64,000 nucleotides of DNA, taken from positions 62,474,788 through 62,538,787 of the forward strand of contig CM120640.1 in the NCBI GenBank assembly GCA_051362555.1. The letters are read 5' to 3'. Under the pieces are notes generated by a model, which saw nothing but the letters and a program-made list of their open reading frames with translations, was not told the DNA's origin and did not search any database. The stretch is from Lingula anatina. Its lineage: Eukaryota > Animalia > Brachiopoda. A program made the position numbers and the translations under genes. This document shows positions 50,501-64,000 of this stretch, piece by piece (position 1 is the first letter of the stretch; each line of letters begins with the position of its first letter).

Positions 50501-52527
50501 TGCATTGAGATGAATTAATGTGGTAAAAAACATACATAAAAATATGCTCAGAGAGTTGATTTCAAAATGGTTTTCTTTTCCATGTATCTAAATCTAGGTT
50601 GCATCTTTACAGCTTTAGCTACAAACTGCCTAAATGTGGCAACTAAGATTTTCAGCTAGTTGTTGTTTTTTTCCTTTTACTCTGAAATCCCCAAGTTTAT
50701 ATGTATCTTTAGAACATATATATATAACTATGCGAAAAGAAAAAAGCATGTATGTTTGTAAGAGCATATGCTGATGTGTGAGAGAGAAAGGGATAAACCA
50801 TAATCAACTAACAGTATCTAGTGTGTAGCATATTCTGAAGCTGTAGCTTGGTGTTTGATTTGCCCCAGTTCAGTAACAACATCCCTTTTCACTAATCGGG
50901 CATTAATTATTAAAAATTGCCAGTGAGCTTGAAATATTTTCATGATAGTGATACTTTTTATTTCACAAATGAATAAATAAAGAGGTAAGAAAGTGGTAAT
51001 ATATCATTCTATTAGACCAAATATTTTACATATTAAAAAATGAAATGATTCTCATTTGACTTTTGATACGTCACTTTTTCAGGTGCGGGAAAGCATGGTT
51101 AGTGCTAGCTATGACATCCCTCGCTTCTCAACCATTCCTTGTGATAATAATGCTCACAAAGTAACAGTGGCCATTTTGGATTTAAAACCCAGTTTTTCTT
51201 ACGAGTGTGTGCCAAAAAAATCGGCCCATGCATTCCTGAAGGCCAAAGTGAAAAATGACTCCGCCTATGCACTTCTTCCTGGACCAATGAACATCTTCCT
51301 GGACAATAATTTTGTTGCCAAGGTAACATCTGATTACTTGTAGAATTATTACAGATTTGGGGTATTACTAGTGTGTGTCTTGTCACTACTGCCACCTATA
51401 TGCTATTACTGTTACTTATCATATATATAACGCCCCTTCTTTTGCGTATTACCATACTATGATGGCCAGCCACATTTGGCATTTGGAAGAGATCCAATTT
51501 GGGGGTCTATCGATACGTTTTATTTACTCAGTACTATTTATATCGATGTGTATTTCTAAGATGAATGTTTAATTTGCTTTTATGTGTTAATTTTGTTGTC
51601 ATATTTTCTTTAAAACAGGTGAAAGAAGACATCATGTGACCAGCAGTATAATTAAAATAAATAATGATAATATCCTCATTTCAGAGTGATTTAAAGTCGG
51701 TTAGTCCTTCAGAAGAATTTTATTGTTCATTAGGAGTTGATCCCTATGTAAAAGTAGACTATAAACCTTTGGTAAAACACCGGAACGAGGCTGGAGTGTT
51801 TTCAAAAAGTATACAGATGCAACACAAGCAGGTTTGTACACATATCATCCCACAGGAAATTTGGTCATGATAGTGATATTTTATAGTTTATTTTAACTTC
51901 ATTACTCTGTACTATAGATTTTAATTGGTATTATATCTCATTCAGCTTGATCTGTAGATGTTGTGAGCTGTGTCTAGTTCTACATTATCACTGACCCACT
52001 CATTTTTAGGTGACGTCGATTAAAAATACACGACAAACTTCAGTAAAACTCTTGGTCACAGAGCAACTGCCTCTTAGTTTAGAAGAAAAAATAAAGGTAA
52101 TGTAACTTTGCAAAATGAATAAAGAAAGAAATAAAAAATTTAATATTTATATATAAATAAATAAATAAGTCTCGTAAATACTTAAGAAGTACACCTTGAA
52201 ATTGATTACTGTAAATCAAGTAAGATCATTGAAAATATTGGGTTATCAAGTAGTCACTTGTGTTTTTGATTCAAAGCAGTGGCAAACTGAGCAAATCACA
52301 TAATTATTTTTTACCCAAAAATGTAGGTGACACTTGTTGAACCCAGTATAAAACATCCAGAGAAGCAGGAGAAGAACAGACCTGTGAGGGTGAACAGGGC
52401 AAATAACATAGAGTGGGAGTTAGAAATTCCTCCTAGCGAGACAAAGGAACTGGTGCTTAGATACACTGTGGAATATCCATCTTCAGAAGAACTAGAAGTG
52501 GCTCCAGAGGGGAGTCACCAGTGGTAG
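35507..52527 (+). CDS. DUF4140 + coiled coil + DUF4139 protein (C. elegans F37C4.5-like; bacterial MuiA/TIGR02231-like)
   Basis: Exons 35507-35730, 39708-39936, 40691-40902, 46816-46945, 47364-47503, [optional 49737-49859], 50189-50378, 51083-51322, 51685-51831, 52010-52096, 52327-52527. DUF4140 motifs: VESVSVYLDRAEVCR..GLSCEIDSESIRVEG. DUF4139 motifs: LLVSYIVYRASWSPKYDLR, IQQATGEDWVDAKLSLSTATP, TIPCDNNAHKVTV, YECVPKKSAHAFLKAKVKNDSAYALLPGPMNIFLDNNFV, SLGVDP, EQLPLSLEEKIKV, WELEIPP..LRYTVEYP. The middle exons are the least certain. Confidence 0.88.
45047..45224. mobile_element. Possible degenerate MITE (CAGGCC..GGCCTG termini)
   Basis: CAGGCCTGTA at 45047 and TATGGGCCTG ending at 45224. No target-site duplication recognisable. 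Confidence 0.25.
49060..49218. mobile_element. 159-bp hAT-like MITE
   Basis: TIR CAGTCTGTG / CACAGACTG. Four internal ACTAGCCC/GGGCTAGT motifs in alternating orientation. Direct repeat CATGAA on both flanks (49054-49059, 49219-49224). Confidence 0.7.
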
Positions 52528-55500
52528 CCCTCACAGAAAAAAGGTCATGTGGCAGAAAGGTCAAGGTCAATGCAGAAAATTTATATTTTATATTTTTTTT
52601 TTTGCCTCAAAATTAATGTTGAAAACTCATTTTAAGTCTTGGAAATTATCTTGGATCAGTGAATTGGAAGTGGCTGGCAAAATTCAAGTCCATGTAAAAC
52701 AATACATAGATAGACATAGAATTAGACCTTATGAAGAATTTCTAATTGTCCTTCAGTCGTTTCTGTCAAGTGACCCTGTGTGGTAGCCATTTCTATATTG
52801 TGTCTTGAACTAACACCAAGCAAGTGCCTACAGGTATGTTCTATTTTTCATCTCTGGGTGCAATTGTGAATAGATCTATGCAAATCACTGACACCCTGTG
52901 ACATAATGGTCATCAATGTGTATAGGTAAAATTATATTATTGCAACAAATTTCTTGAGTTCACTTTTGGTCAACAGGCGCTTTATTAATGAACTCTTTTG
53001 CATCGTGTAAGATGATCAGGGACAAGTGAAAGCAGTAACTATGCCAGTGGATTAAACTCCATGTGCCATTTTATGTATCACAATTATGAAAAATCTAAAA
53101 TGGAAGAAAAGCATATCTGGGTGGGATCATTATGCTGAATAGTTTCATTTTTGGAGGCAATCCCATTATCTAAAGGGTAAAATATCTCTGCTTAGGTATA
53201 ACTTTATATAAAAGGTATAAAGGCAGTAAGATGATTTAGTAATTTTTGTATATTCATCATACCCATATGATGTATGTATAATGCATTTTTTTGCTTATTT
53301 ATTATTATTGATTCACAATGGTGCTGGTCGCTTTGGGCTTCCACATTACCCAGGTAATGAGATACATATTATACATAGTATAAGAAGACTAACAAATTAT
53401 TATTATACAAAAATGCTTTAAGCCAAGATGCATTAAAGACTTGTACAGATATTAGTAGTATATTACTGTAGTTACAATTTCAGGTGTTAGAAACACTCCT
53501 TGTTCAAAGTATAATTATGTATTCTTTGAACAGTTTGCAGAGGTTGTTAAATAAGTGGATAGATGTGAAAAAAATGGTAGTACTAGAGTGCTCATTATCT
53601 GTGAGCTGTACTGTAGAAGCAGTTTGTAGTTAGTATGGTATCTTGGTTTACTTGAAGTCTGCTTCCTAAATATGCCAGTTAAGTACAGAGAAATTTGAAA
53701 AATCTAAATTATTATACTGAATCAATTTATATAAGGAGTATGTAAGGTTTTTATTGGTTATACCAATATTATTTTACGCTAGAGATTTTATGTTTGTCAA
53801 GAATTTGGATTAAAAAAATAATAATTTGTATTGTTTTAAGTGTTTGGGAAAAAAACTTTTGCAAAATGGCATTGTATGAAATGACATATACAAACTTCTT
53901 TGATATATATCAGTATATAAATCTGGTCGCATTTATGATTTTTAGTTGGTAAACCCTAAGTCATGACTTTTCATGAGGAGTTTTGCTTTTAAAATTAAAA
54001 AAGGAAAGTTTAAATGTCAGTCAATTCTCATTTTTAAAAGGCAGCTAAATGAATGTGTAGATTGTTTTATCTGCATAGAAAACTTTGCCAATGTGTGCAA
54101 TAAAAGATGATACTCATAAGAACTATAAATATATATAGAGTTGAAGGCATGGTTACTAAATAAGATTTGGAGCTTTCTTTTTATTATTATATATGCAGAT
54201 GTGCATAATGTAGAAAATGATAATGATTCAGTAGCTACTTGCAATATCAAATGATTTACAAATTCAATATTGTTTCATTATTCATTATATGAATTTTCTC
54301 TAAATTTTTTTTATTTGAACCAAGCTGGCTTTTGAGAAATTTTAAATTACCAACATGTCAAATCTGTTTGAATATTTCCAAGTAGTTACTGTATTTACAA
54401 TATTTGGGGGCAGACCATAAAATCAGATACCAGTACAGTGATGAACTTTGGTGTTGTACATGGTAGAGGTAGATACTGAATGAATAATTTGTTGTTCATG
54501 TGAAATTATTTGGGTAATAAATTTAAAAAAATCTCTGAATCTCAGTTCTACATTTGCTCAGTAAGTGTGGTAGTCTGTTATCAGTTAGAAGATTCGCAGT
54601 ATTCACAGTTCAGAATTTATCTGTCTGCACTGTGGTGTCTGATGGATCATGGCACTTGTTTGCAGGGATCATGTAATTTTTTTTTTTTTTTTTAATTTTG
54701 ATTTCTTACCAGATTTTTTCATTAAAAAACTTGCCAAATGACAGTTTTAGTTGAATTGACCTAATTTTATTGATGTATTTACCACCAGTTATTTGTTTTA
54801 CTAGAATTTGCCCTTCACATGTTCTGATGTCAGGATTGGTTTGCTAAGATATTTCAATTAATATACTGTTATCATTTTGTTTACAAGTCATTCAATCCAA
54901 TAAAAAAGTTGGACATATCTTGTGATCAGCGAAGCAGTGGAAATTTTTTTGGAATTTTAATATTATCTACAGATTTCATTCAGAGGACATTTTAAATATT
55001 GATTGTAAACTGTGAATTCAAAGCTCTTTATTGGTTATGCACATTTAGTTAAGAAGTTTTTTCTTAAACTTTGCTTTGCCTAAGCAAACACTGAGTTGTA
55101 TGTATAATCACATAAATGTTTTCTAACAAACTGAAAAAGATAAAGAAATTTTCCCATTGTTTTATTTTATGTTGGGAGATGAACTTGTGAAACAAAATTA
55201 AAACATGATGACCACTGCAAACTGTCTTGAGATTTCTACTTTATATATCAGTTAAGTGGAGTAACTGTATCAAAGAATTAACACTTTATTTTTATTAGTT
55301 AACTTGGTTTTGGTGCTTTGAATCACAAAACATTTTGTTGTTGGGGTAGTACTAAGTACTTATGACATTGTATATATGTACTCAACCTGATATATTGTTT
55401 GTGTTGGCAGGTCCTTTTGAATAATTTTATACATCGTGTTGATATTTTGTTTTGAAATTTCACCTTGTTTTCTGACAAGTCAATGTGTTTTTAAACATAC

Positions 55501-56909
55501 GAACATGTTCTGTACAAGTAAATTTGGTAGAGATTTCCAGGCAAAGACATTAGTCTTGCCACATTCATCAGATTCCTGTGAACCCAAATAAACTTATTTT
55601 TTACTTTTACATTATTTCTTGTCATATTATTCTTCTGTGCTGGCTGATTTTTATTCAAGAGCAACCTAAAATGCAACAAATGAATTATGATTTCAAGAAA
55701 CCTATATTATATCGTAATATTGTGTAAGCTCTAAAAGCCTACACAATATTATATAAATGGCATCTCTACCACACTGAAATTTGTTTTTCACACAGCATTA
55801 CATAAAATTATCCCAACTGCAAAATCTTTGTCATCCTGAAATTTCAAAAGATGACCATAGTTAATTGCACTAAATAACTCATTTGGTTTCTTGGACAATT
55901 TTAATATGTGATAAAAGAAATGTCATTTTTTTCCAAGTTTCACAAATAAAACAAGATTAAGAAGAGAGATCTATTTATTTTATAAACCTGAAGATCACAG
56001 AAAACTTCAGAAAAAACTAAGCCAATTGGCATTTATTGTGTGTATTCATATACAAAGTAAACAAAAAAATAACAAAAAATATACACTTCTATGTCAACAA
56101 CACAAAGTGGTGGATTAAGTTTTATTTACAAAATACAATGTCAAGACCAAAGTTCTTTTCTTTTATGACGTCAACATATTAAACAGGTTCAAGCAGTATT
56201 TAATGTACAACCTTGAAAGGTCACACTGGCACACTTCAGTTTTGACAGCCAACAATATTAAAATGGCAATATATATGTACAAAAATAAATCCTCAAACAT
56301 CAATATATACAATATTATCTGTACAAATAAAATCTGTACAAAACAGTTTACCTTTAATTTCATAACTGATCAAATTTAAGTTTAGTCACATTGTATCAAA
56401 AGGAATATTCATTAAAAAAAAACAAAAGTCAAATATATCCACCTTTTTAAAAAGCAGAATAAAAGTAGAATTATTGGACGGAATATTTGCTCTTTAAATG
56501 TTGATGAAAAACTGTCAACCTTGGCAATCAAGTATAATCATGGAAGGAATGATGATAACAATCTTGCAAAGCATTTGGTTTTAATATAAAGTCTTACAGT
56601 TCTTTAATCTGGATTCTTTAATACTGTTGTGTAAATAGGGCTCCAGAATTACGGGCATATTAAACTCAGCCTTGAAACTCCAGGTCAACCTTCTATGACC
56701 ACTGCAAGGTAACAGGACAACAAGTGCTTTATTTAACAAGTAAGCTGTGTATTAATTACCCTTGTTTACTTTATTTTAAATGGTGGCATTATCCTTTTGG
56801 TAAATACTGTAATCATGAATAACCTTGAGGTTAATTGTTTAACAAAAACAGCAGTGTTTACAGTGCCTAAAAAAAGTCCTGCGATCATATCACAAGATGG
56901 TGGCAGAAA

Positions 56910-59900
56910 TTAATAAGGCCTAATGGTGGCTGACAGTCCTCTCAGAGCCCAACGAGTGGCAGGAATGTTCTCCCTCCTAACATCAATCTCCATGATAGGG
57001 TCGCGTGGGGCAGTGCGTGAATGGAACAAGGGACATGCATAGGTCTCTGCTGCTCGTGTTGGATCCTGGATGTTTGGTTTCTCGGACTGTGGCCAGCACG
57101 TGATGTGTACGACGGGCAAAGGTGTGCAGCCATGTTTGGGTGGCAGGTCCAGCAGCTCTCCTGTCGTTTTCTCCCAGGCACAGCCCCACATGTACAGGCC
57201 AAATACAAACATGCCTTCTTGTGGGGGATCTCGTAACTGAATTGTAAATATACAATATGATATGTCAAATTTATACATGCACATGTACATGCTCAGATTA
57301 GACACAAAATTTTGACTCAACTTCAAACTTTTGGTTCATAGACTTGCTCAATGAGTGTGGGTGTATGTATGCCCATGTTCTTAGTTTCTCAACAGATATC
57401 TGCAACTTATTACCAGATGGCAGCATAGTTGCAAGGGTGACACACCGTATGAATGTTTTCTTCTTAAAGTTCTAAACAAACACTGCCTAAAGCTCAAGAA
57501 ATCTTCACCTTATCTTTATTCTACTTACATGGTCTTTATCCCTGGCTGTGATCTCTGTCTGGAAGACAAATGGCTCCACAGACCCTGACCTATCCACAGA
57601 GTAGTGTTTGTGTGAGTCTTGCTTCAGTAAGGCTAACAGAGCCTTGGGGTTGAAGAAGGCACCAAGCCAGTAAGCAGGCATCTTCTCACGGCCCTGAAAC
57701 ATCGTACAAACAATTTTAATAGTGCCACCTTAAAAGTGCAACTTCAATAGAATACTTCTTGTGCCAGGCTTCAAATGTCTCAATTACAACATTAATTACC
57801 ACAATTTATCATCTGTACTGTTCAGGATACTTTTGTTCATGCTTAATGAACAAACAGAATATGTGACTTTAGCAGTACAACTATTCTCAAATTCAAACAA
57901 AATTTGACCATGGCCTTAAGCTTATACACACCAAGATAATGATCTTCTCAAAGTGCTGATTTCTCTCAGTCAGTGAGGTAAGCCACTGTCCAAGTGGGTA
58001 GTTCTGTGGTGGCGCTGAGTGACCTGACAGGGCACACCATGTCCTTGGTATCCTCATGTGGTACAGGTCGTCTGCTGCCAGGATCATGTCTGGAGTCAAC
58101 TGGTCACCAAATGTACCCAGCTCACAGGCGTTCTTGATGGCCTGAAAGAATACGCACTTCACTTGACTGACTGATTTATATAGGAAGCTGGAAGTTTCCT
58201 AGTCTAGGATTAAGAACTCATACAACAGACTGAATTTTTTAAATCTTAAATATATTCAAATTTTTCCCAATTTAAATTAAAAACAAATTTTGTTTTAAAG
58301 GGCACCTCTCCAATATACTTCATGAAAAATCTTGATAAAAGATGCTTTTAAAAACTTTGTCAGCACGTCATACTTACCACAAGAGTTGATTTGATATCAG
58401 TGAGCAGAGCATGCATCTGTTCACACTCTTTCTGTATCCACAGATAAAATGGAGCCTCAGGGTCTATCCTCTCATTCTTCTTGATTTTCTCCAGGACATA
58501 TTCCTAAAATGAATGAACTCAATTCATAAACTAAGTAAAGACAAGTTTCTCAACATAATTATTATTATTAGTTGTAGTAGCATTATTACCCCTGAAATCA
58601 GTTTTACATTACTGCATTACCTTAACCTGAAATTTATGAGTCAATATGAAGAAAACCAGACAACTTATGATCCCCAAGACCCAGGGGGTTCCCTTTGTAA
58701 TCTTTATATGTCATGAAGCAATGCAACTTAAAACTTTTGTGTGTCTATTTCATTTCAGTTGTGAACACAGTCTACATGAGAGTACCCACCTTGCTGAAAG
58801 CCTTTGGCACCTTAGGGATGGTGGTATGGCAGATCTCCCACAGCTCTACATCTTTCCTCAGCTTCATGGCAGCAAAGCTGGCTGTGGCAAACACTCCCAT
58901 GTTTACTATCTGTGGGTTCAGGCTGTGCATGCTCACCTGGGCTATGGGGGGACCTGACACAAAACACAATGTGGACTTTATCATTAAGAAAACAGAATAC
59001 TTAAGTCATTTTATCTCTGTGGTGTTCAGCTTCATAAAGTTAAGTTTAAACTTTTTACTGCTGAGCTAAACCTCATGCTTAGCCATTGAAAAGTATAACC
59101 TTATGTTCATTATTAAATGTTTGGTTTTCCATTCTACAATGCATTGATCAATTTTGTTAATTTATTTCATAAAAGCAACACGTAAGTCAATAATAAAAAC
59201 CATTACACTAGAATGAGTCCAAATTCTAAAACAATAAAGACTAAAGGAATAAATAATGAACAATTTAGTCAATAATCTTCATATACAAACAATCTACAAC
59301 AAATAACTCCAATTTTCATATTATTACAAATCATTTCTAATTCATCAGCCATAACTTTAGTGAGTGATTGTCACCAATGACTGTTACCTTCAAATGGAGT
59401 AGGGGGTCTAGGGAAAAGTTTGTGGCTGAGGTTTTCTGACTGCGGCATGTTGTCAAATACCCTGTTAAGTCTGGTAAATACATACTGGTCATCTCCAAGC
59501 AGACACTGGAAACACACGGGAAATCACATATGATAAAACCGATCAGCATTCAAATGTTAGCATACCATCCAGTGATGTTATGGCTGTGTAATTATGGTGA
59601 GGTTAAAATATTATATTTATTTAGATTTTGAATCACAAAAATGTGATTTTATTATTAATCATCAAAAGCTAGTTATACAAAATGTGTGTTGTTATTAAAA
59701 TGCCAGTTAGACAAACTGTGATTTATAAAAAAGTATTAAAATAAATGTGCAATTTATGAAAATTAAATAAAACAAATTAAACAAGACAAAAGTTCTGATT
59801 CAAATCAAACTTATATTTGTGTTTTCCAGTTGTGTAAACAGAAATTGTACAACAAAAATGAGTGACACTGGAATTGTGTGTATGTATGTGGCTGCAACAA

Positions 59901-60411
59901 GCTAGCCTATCATGAGAGGTATGAAGATCCCAAGTAGAGCAGTAACAAGGAATGGGTATCTACAGCTAAGTTTACCTTCAAACAACTATATATTAGCTAA
60001 GTAAGTCACCCAGGTGAGTGAGATATGAAGTCAATATTTTTCAAAGTCACTAACTTTTCTATATCTATTTGAATGTAAGCAATTATAGTCACAGGCTTTT
60101 AGAAACCTTCAGCAGAATATGTATGCAGTCCTTGCTACCTAATGCATGCAGTATATGTAGCAGATAATAATTCTAGCTCTAAAAGTTAGTAATAAATGTA
60201 TCCCTTCTTCCTTACTAATTAGGTTCTTCTAACACACTGTATACTGAAATGGATGTGGGCATTTGACATGAAGTTTTTTTATGGGCACAGTTAATTTAAG
60301 AATAAAAATGGGATTTTACATGTTGACAGTTTTGTGACTAAGACAACTATTTTTTTTCCATAAAATTTGATACCATGTTTAAGAAATCCTGTTCTTTGTT
60401 AAAAGTGATGA

Positions 60412-60466
<55 letters not shown>

Positions 60467-63400
60467 GAGATTGAGGAGGGTCATGAGTAAATTTTAGTGA
60501 ATTTCCCCAAAACTGTAAATAAAAGCAATGTATCACTAGCGGCAGTTAAACGGTAAGCCATGCAGAAGTATTTTAGTGTTCTGCCCTACCAGGATACAAC
60601 AGGAATTATATAAAGCATGTTCACATCAAGACTAACTTATATCACCCTGTCATTCTCTATGTTGTCAGGTGATGTCAATTAGTCTGTCTGATTTAAGTTA
60701 GTCCTGATGTGTACACAACCAAGTTCTTCACACAGCAGACAACCATATAGGTTCTGTAAATGGCTGCTTTCAATTCCTGTGTATGTGCAGCTATACGTAA
60801 GTTTTATGTATAATTGCATGTATATATGGAAGCATTGAATTGATGCAAAATATTAGACATTATTGTAAGCATTATTAAATTCTGGTTCTGATGCATTTCA
60901 GAGGTAGAAATGAACTGCATATTACTTGCAGCTGATTTCATCCCCTTAATTCCTTGACAAAAACAAAATTGCTGAAAAATTGAAAAAAAATGTGAACAAA
61001 ATTATTTTGATAAAGAAATGCACCAGAACCTTGACATAAGTTTGCCTATTAGACACAACATGCCCTCTAGTGATAGAGAACACCAAATACATTACCACTT
61101 CAAACCCCTTGAGCCCACGATCCATGAGGGCCTCATAGAAGGCTTTGCTAGCACCATACTGTAGGGGGCACAACCAAACAAGACAAGATCATGGTTATAT
61201 TTTAGTGCATAAATAAGTGGTGTGTACATGCTGGAGTCAAGTGCAGTTCACTCAACATATGTTGGACTCCCCATATCTTAATCACTTGTAATAATGTATA
61301 CCTTTAAGACAAAGGCTTACCAGATAAAGTGAGTTCAACAATCCATTAATGACCATGCAGTATTTATCGTGTCTTTAAAATCAAAGTGATACTGACCCCC
61401 CCATGTAATTTGGAACTGACTTGCTATAAATGAATATATAATACTGTAGCTGTGGACCAATCTGATATATTTCAAAAGTGGAAGTGCTTTGTGATGTTGG
61501 TCAACATAATACTGGGGAAGACAGGAGGGCATTGAGTAAAATACATGGAAGAAAAATGTCAAAAGAATTGCACAAGTCTGAGATTTTGTTGATCAAATAT
61601 TAGTAAATTAGTTGTTTTATAAAATAAGCTTTTCGTAATTTGCAACAGAATAGTTGGCAAAAAGTGGTGGTAATATTAGTAGACAGTCTCACTGCGCATG
61701 CAGGAATCTACATATTTCATATCCATAATGCCAAAATTGAAGACAATACCTGTCTACCCCATATATTTCTAGAAACCTATAATGAAACAATAGCATTGCT
61801 GACCAAGTCCACTGAAAACAGTGTCACTGTGCATCACATACAGAATACAGTCACAGCACAATGATTTATCATAAGTTAAAAATATGAGACATACTCAGCC
61901 TAAGGTAGGTATTCAGGTGAAGAAAAAAATAATGTTAATATTTCTATTAATTAAAAAATACATTATCAGGATTTCTACTGATTCAGAAGAGAAATCTAAA
62001 AAAGGAAAGATAATCTATTCACATTTAACCACTAGTTAATTAAAATTATTAAGGACTATGAGATTCATGAAACGACACATTAACTAAATAAATGGTAGGA
62101 GTTTGTTAATGAGGGACAGAAGACCATATGACAACCACAGGTTACTTCATACCATATAAGTTGAATGAAAATTGTAATTAGAGATTAATCATATTGTAGT
62201 ATTAATTTTGAAATGTGCATAAAAGGAGAATTTTTTAAGGCCATTTTTGAAAAATTGGTTAAAAAAGGTACATGCAGTATTAATTTTGAAATGTGCATAA
62301 AAAGAAAATTTTTAAAAGTCATTTTTGGAAAATTAGTTTTTAAAAAAGGTACAGGTAACGTAAGTTCAAGGCGAATGACTGACTGGTTATACTATTTAAA
62401 TCAAGTTTCCAAATCCTGCCTATCTTCTGCATCAGAATAAAAAATATTCCAGAACAGTTTATGGCTTTCATTCCTCTTTAATAATACTGTGGTTCATAAA
62501 ATTATATCACTTGAAGTTAAAAATATTTTTTTTTTTAAATAGGCAAAGTTTTAAAATTCATTTACACACATCTTCCTTTCCACTAATATTCATAGTTTAA
62601 AAAGATGAAGTACTAAACTCAGATATTATCTTACCTCTGAGCTCTGATGTAAGTGGCATGCCTCTGGCACATCTAAGAAGTGATTTGGAATCCCCTCTAA
62701 AGATGACATCAGGGCATTCAGTCGGATGTGAGGGGCAAAGAAGGCTTGGGGATGTCTGTATTTCACTGTAAAGAGGAAATAAAACATGTTAGTATTTGAC
62801 CATAAAACTGTTATGCAGAGAAAAGCAAATATCAACACATCAAAGATTTTTTAGATCACTGACAAATTACATGAACATTGGTAAAATTTAACTATTACGC
62901 AAATGACGTAAAAAAATGAAAAAATTCCTTGTTTCATATTCTTCAATATTCAAAAGTACCTTAAAACCTATTAACTTTTCAAATTATTACATCAATGTGC
63001 AATCTTGATACAAAGGGCATCACACATCAATATTAATACTTTAGATGGTGTGATTGAAATGTCAGTTGTGACAAATAAAAGAATGGATTAAGTCTTATAT
63101 AAAATGAGGATGCAAATTAGACCAAGTTCCCCAGTACACTATTCCTTGTGAATATACAGCCTAAGTTGCAAACCAACACTCACATCTGGCCAACTCAAAG
63201 TCTTTCTTGGTTGCGTTAGGTGAGATCCAGTAGTCAATAATTGCACTCAGGGTCTGCTGGTCATACGGGTCAGACACATAACTGCCATAGATCACCTGCA
63301 TGATGAATAAAATTTAAAAAATCAGCAAATATAAACTTTGTAGATTAAGAAAATATTGTTAGGAGTCATATCTATATCATCCAAGTATACTTAAACACAT

Positions 63401-63707
63401 TATGCTTATTATAATTTCAGTATCAAATTAATTTCAGTCAAATAAAAAAATCACAACTTTGTCATTTAGTGCCATAAAAATTGAAATGTAAATTGAGGAA
63501 TGCATCAATTTCATTTCAGAAATATTTTACCAAATTTCATTTCAAAATGCTTCTCAAAAAAGTATTTCTGAAAGCAATGCCATTACTTACCTCAGAAAGC
63601 ATGTATCTGATGCCATTCCAGGAAGTATTCCTGGGAACAGCACTGCCATCTGGACCAATACAGGTCAGGTTATCACGGAATTCTGTTATAGCCAGGGCAA
63701 GAGCCTC
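56910..63707 (-). CDS. Divergent dynein heavy chain-like protein, 3' part (AAA6 lid region + C-terminal domain); gene continues beyond the window
   Basis: Phase-consistent exons 63707-63591, 63295-63184, 62765-62635, [61158-61096], 59505-59388, 58953-58790, 58503-58378, 58141-57932, 57693-57529, 57236-56910. SWNGIRYMLSEVIYGSYVSDPYDQQTL resembles dynein W.ALRYL.GE..YGG.VTD..D.R.L. Also RIPRTW..PLGQWL..L.ER, YWLGAFFNPKALL (FWLSGFFNPQGFL), PPQEGMFVFGLYMWGCAW, YACPLF and RWALRGL. Confidence 0.85.
60413..60465. repeat. (TG)n microsatellite
   Basis: About 26 TG units seen directly. Confidence 0.9.
62195..62353. repeat. Imperfect tandem duplication of an approx. 80-bp unit (2 copies), intronic
   Basis: TG(T/C)AGTATTAATTTTGAAATGTGCATAAAA...AAAAAAGGTACA at 62195-62272 and 62273-62353. 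Confidence 0.85.
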
Positions 63708-64000
63708 CTGTGATAAAAAGAAGATAAAGATGTCACAGTACGTCTTTTAAAACAATTCACACTGGTGACAACAGTTTTTTGTTGTATCAATAGTATCCTG
63801 TAGAAAAAAAAATACAAATTTCTCTAAATTTGGTTTAGTAAATTCTCTCATGTTTATATCATTTACAAATGACTGCCAATCATGTCATGTATTATACAAT
63901 TTAATTTGTCACTCTAAAAGAAAATCTAGAACAAGCATTAAATATATCATGAATAATCTTTAATTCTTTAAAACCCTTTTTTCTTATTTAAGGAAGCACT

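Noticed and set aside
60925-61372. Additional donor-like sites in the long dynein intron region (near 60926 and 61321)
   Set aside because: The candidate exons contain in-frame stops or do not match the phase 0 context.

Overview
AT-rich, intron-rich animal genomic DNA. Gene content and mosaic CpG depletion suggest a marine invertebrate, probably a lophotrochozoan (inference). Six protein-coding genes alternate in strand: (1) 3' part of a BCR/ABR-type C2+RhoGAP gene (+, <1-4379); (2) SNAP29 (-, 7574-9569); (3) a 1199-aa multiple-cysteine-cluster Toll-like receptor with one coding exon (+, 17970-21569) and a probable TATA promoter and non-coding first exon 4.6 kb upstream; (4) an 18-exon KDM1A/LSD1 (-, 23963-34764); (5) head-to-head with it, a DUF4140+DUF4139 (F37C4.5/MuiA-like) gene of unknown function (+, 35507-52527); (6) 3' part of a strongly divergent dynein-heavy-chain-like gene (-, 56910->64000). 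Exon boundaries were traced by hand from GT-AG sites and reading phase. Mobile DNA comprises a 3.8-kb TTAA-flanked TIR element with a decayed spliced ORF next to a KDM1A splice donor, two related TAA-flanked MITEs (one a near-perfect 134-bp-arm fold-back) and a small hAT-like MITE. I found no convincing new multi-gene system. The best leads are the TTAA element, a NAGNAG acceptor at the junction used by vertebrate LSD1 neural microexon 8a, a His12/Gln10 insert in LSD1, and the DUF4139 gene sharing a promoter region with KDM1A.
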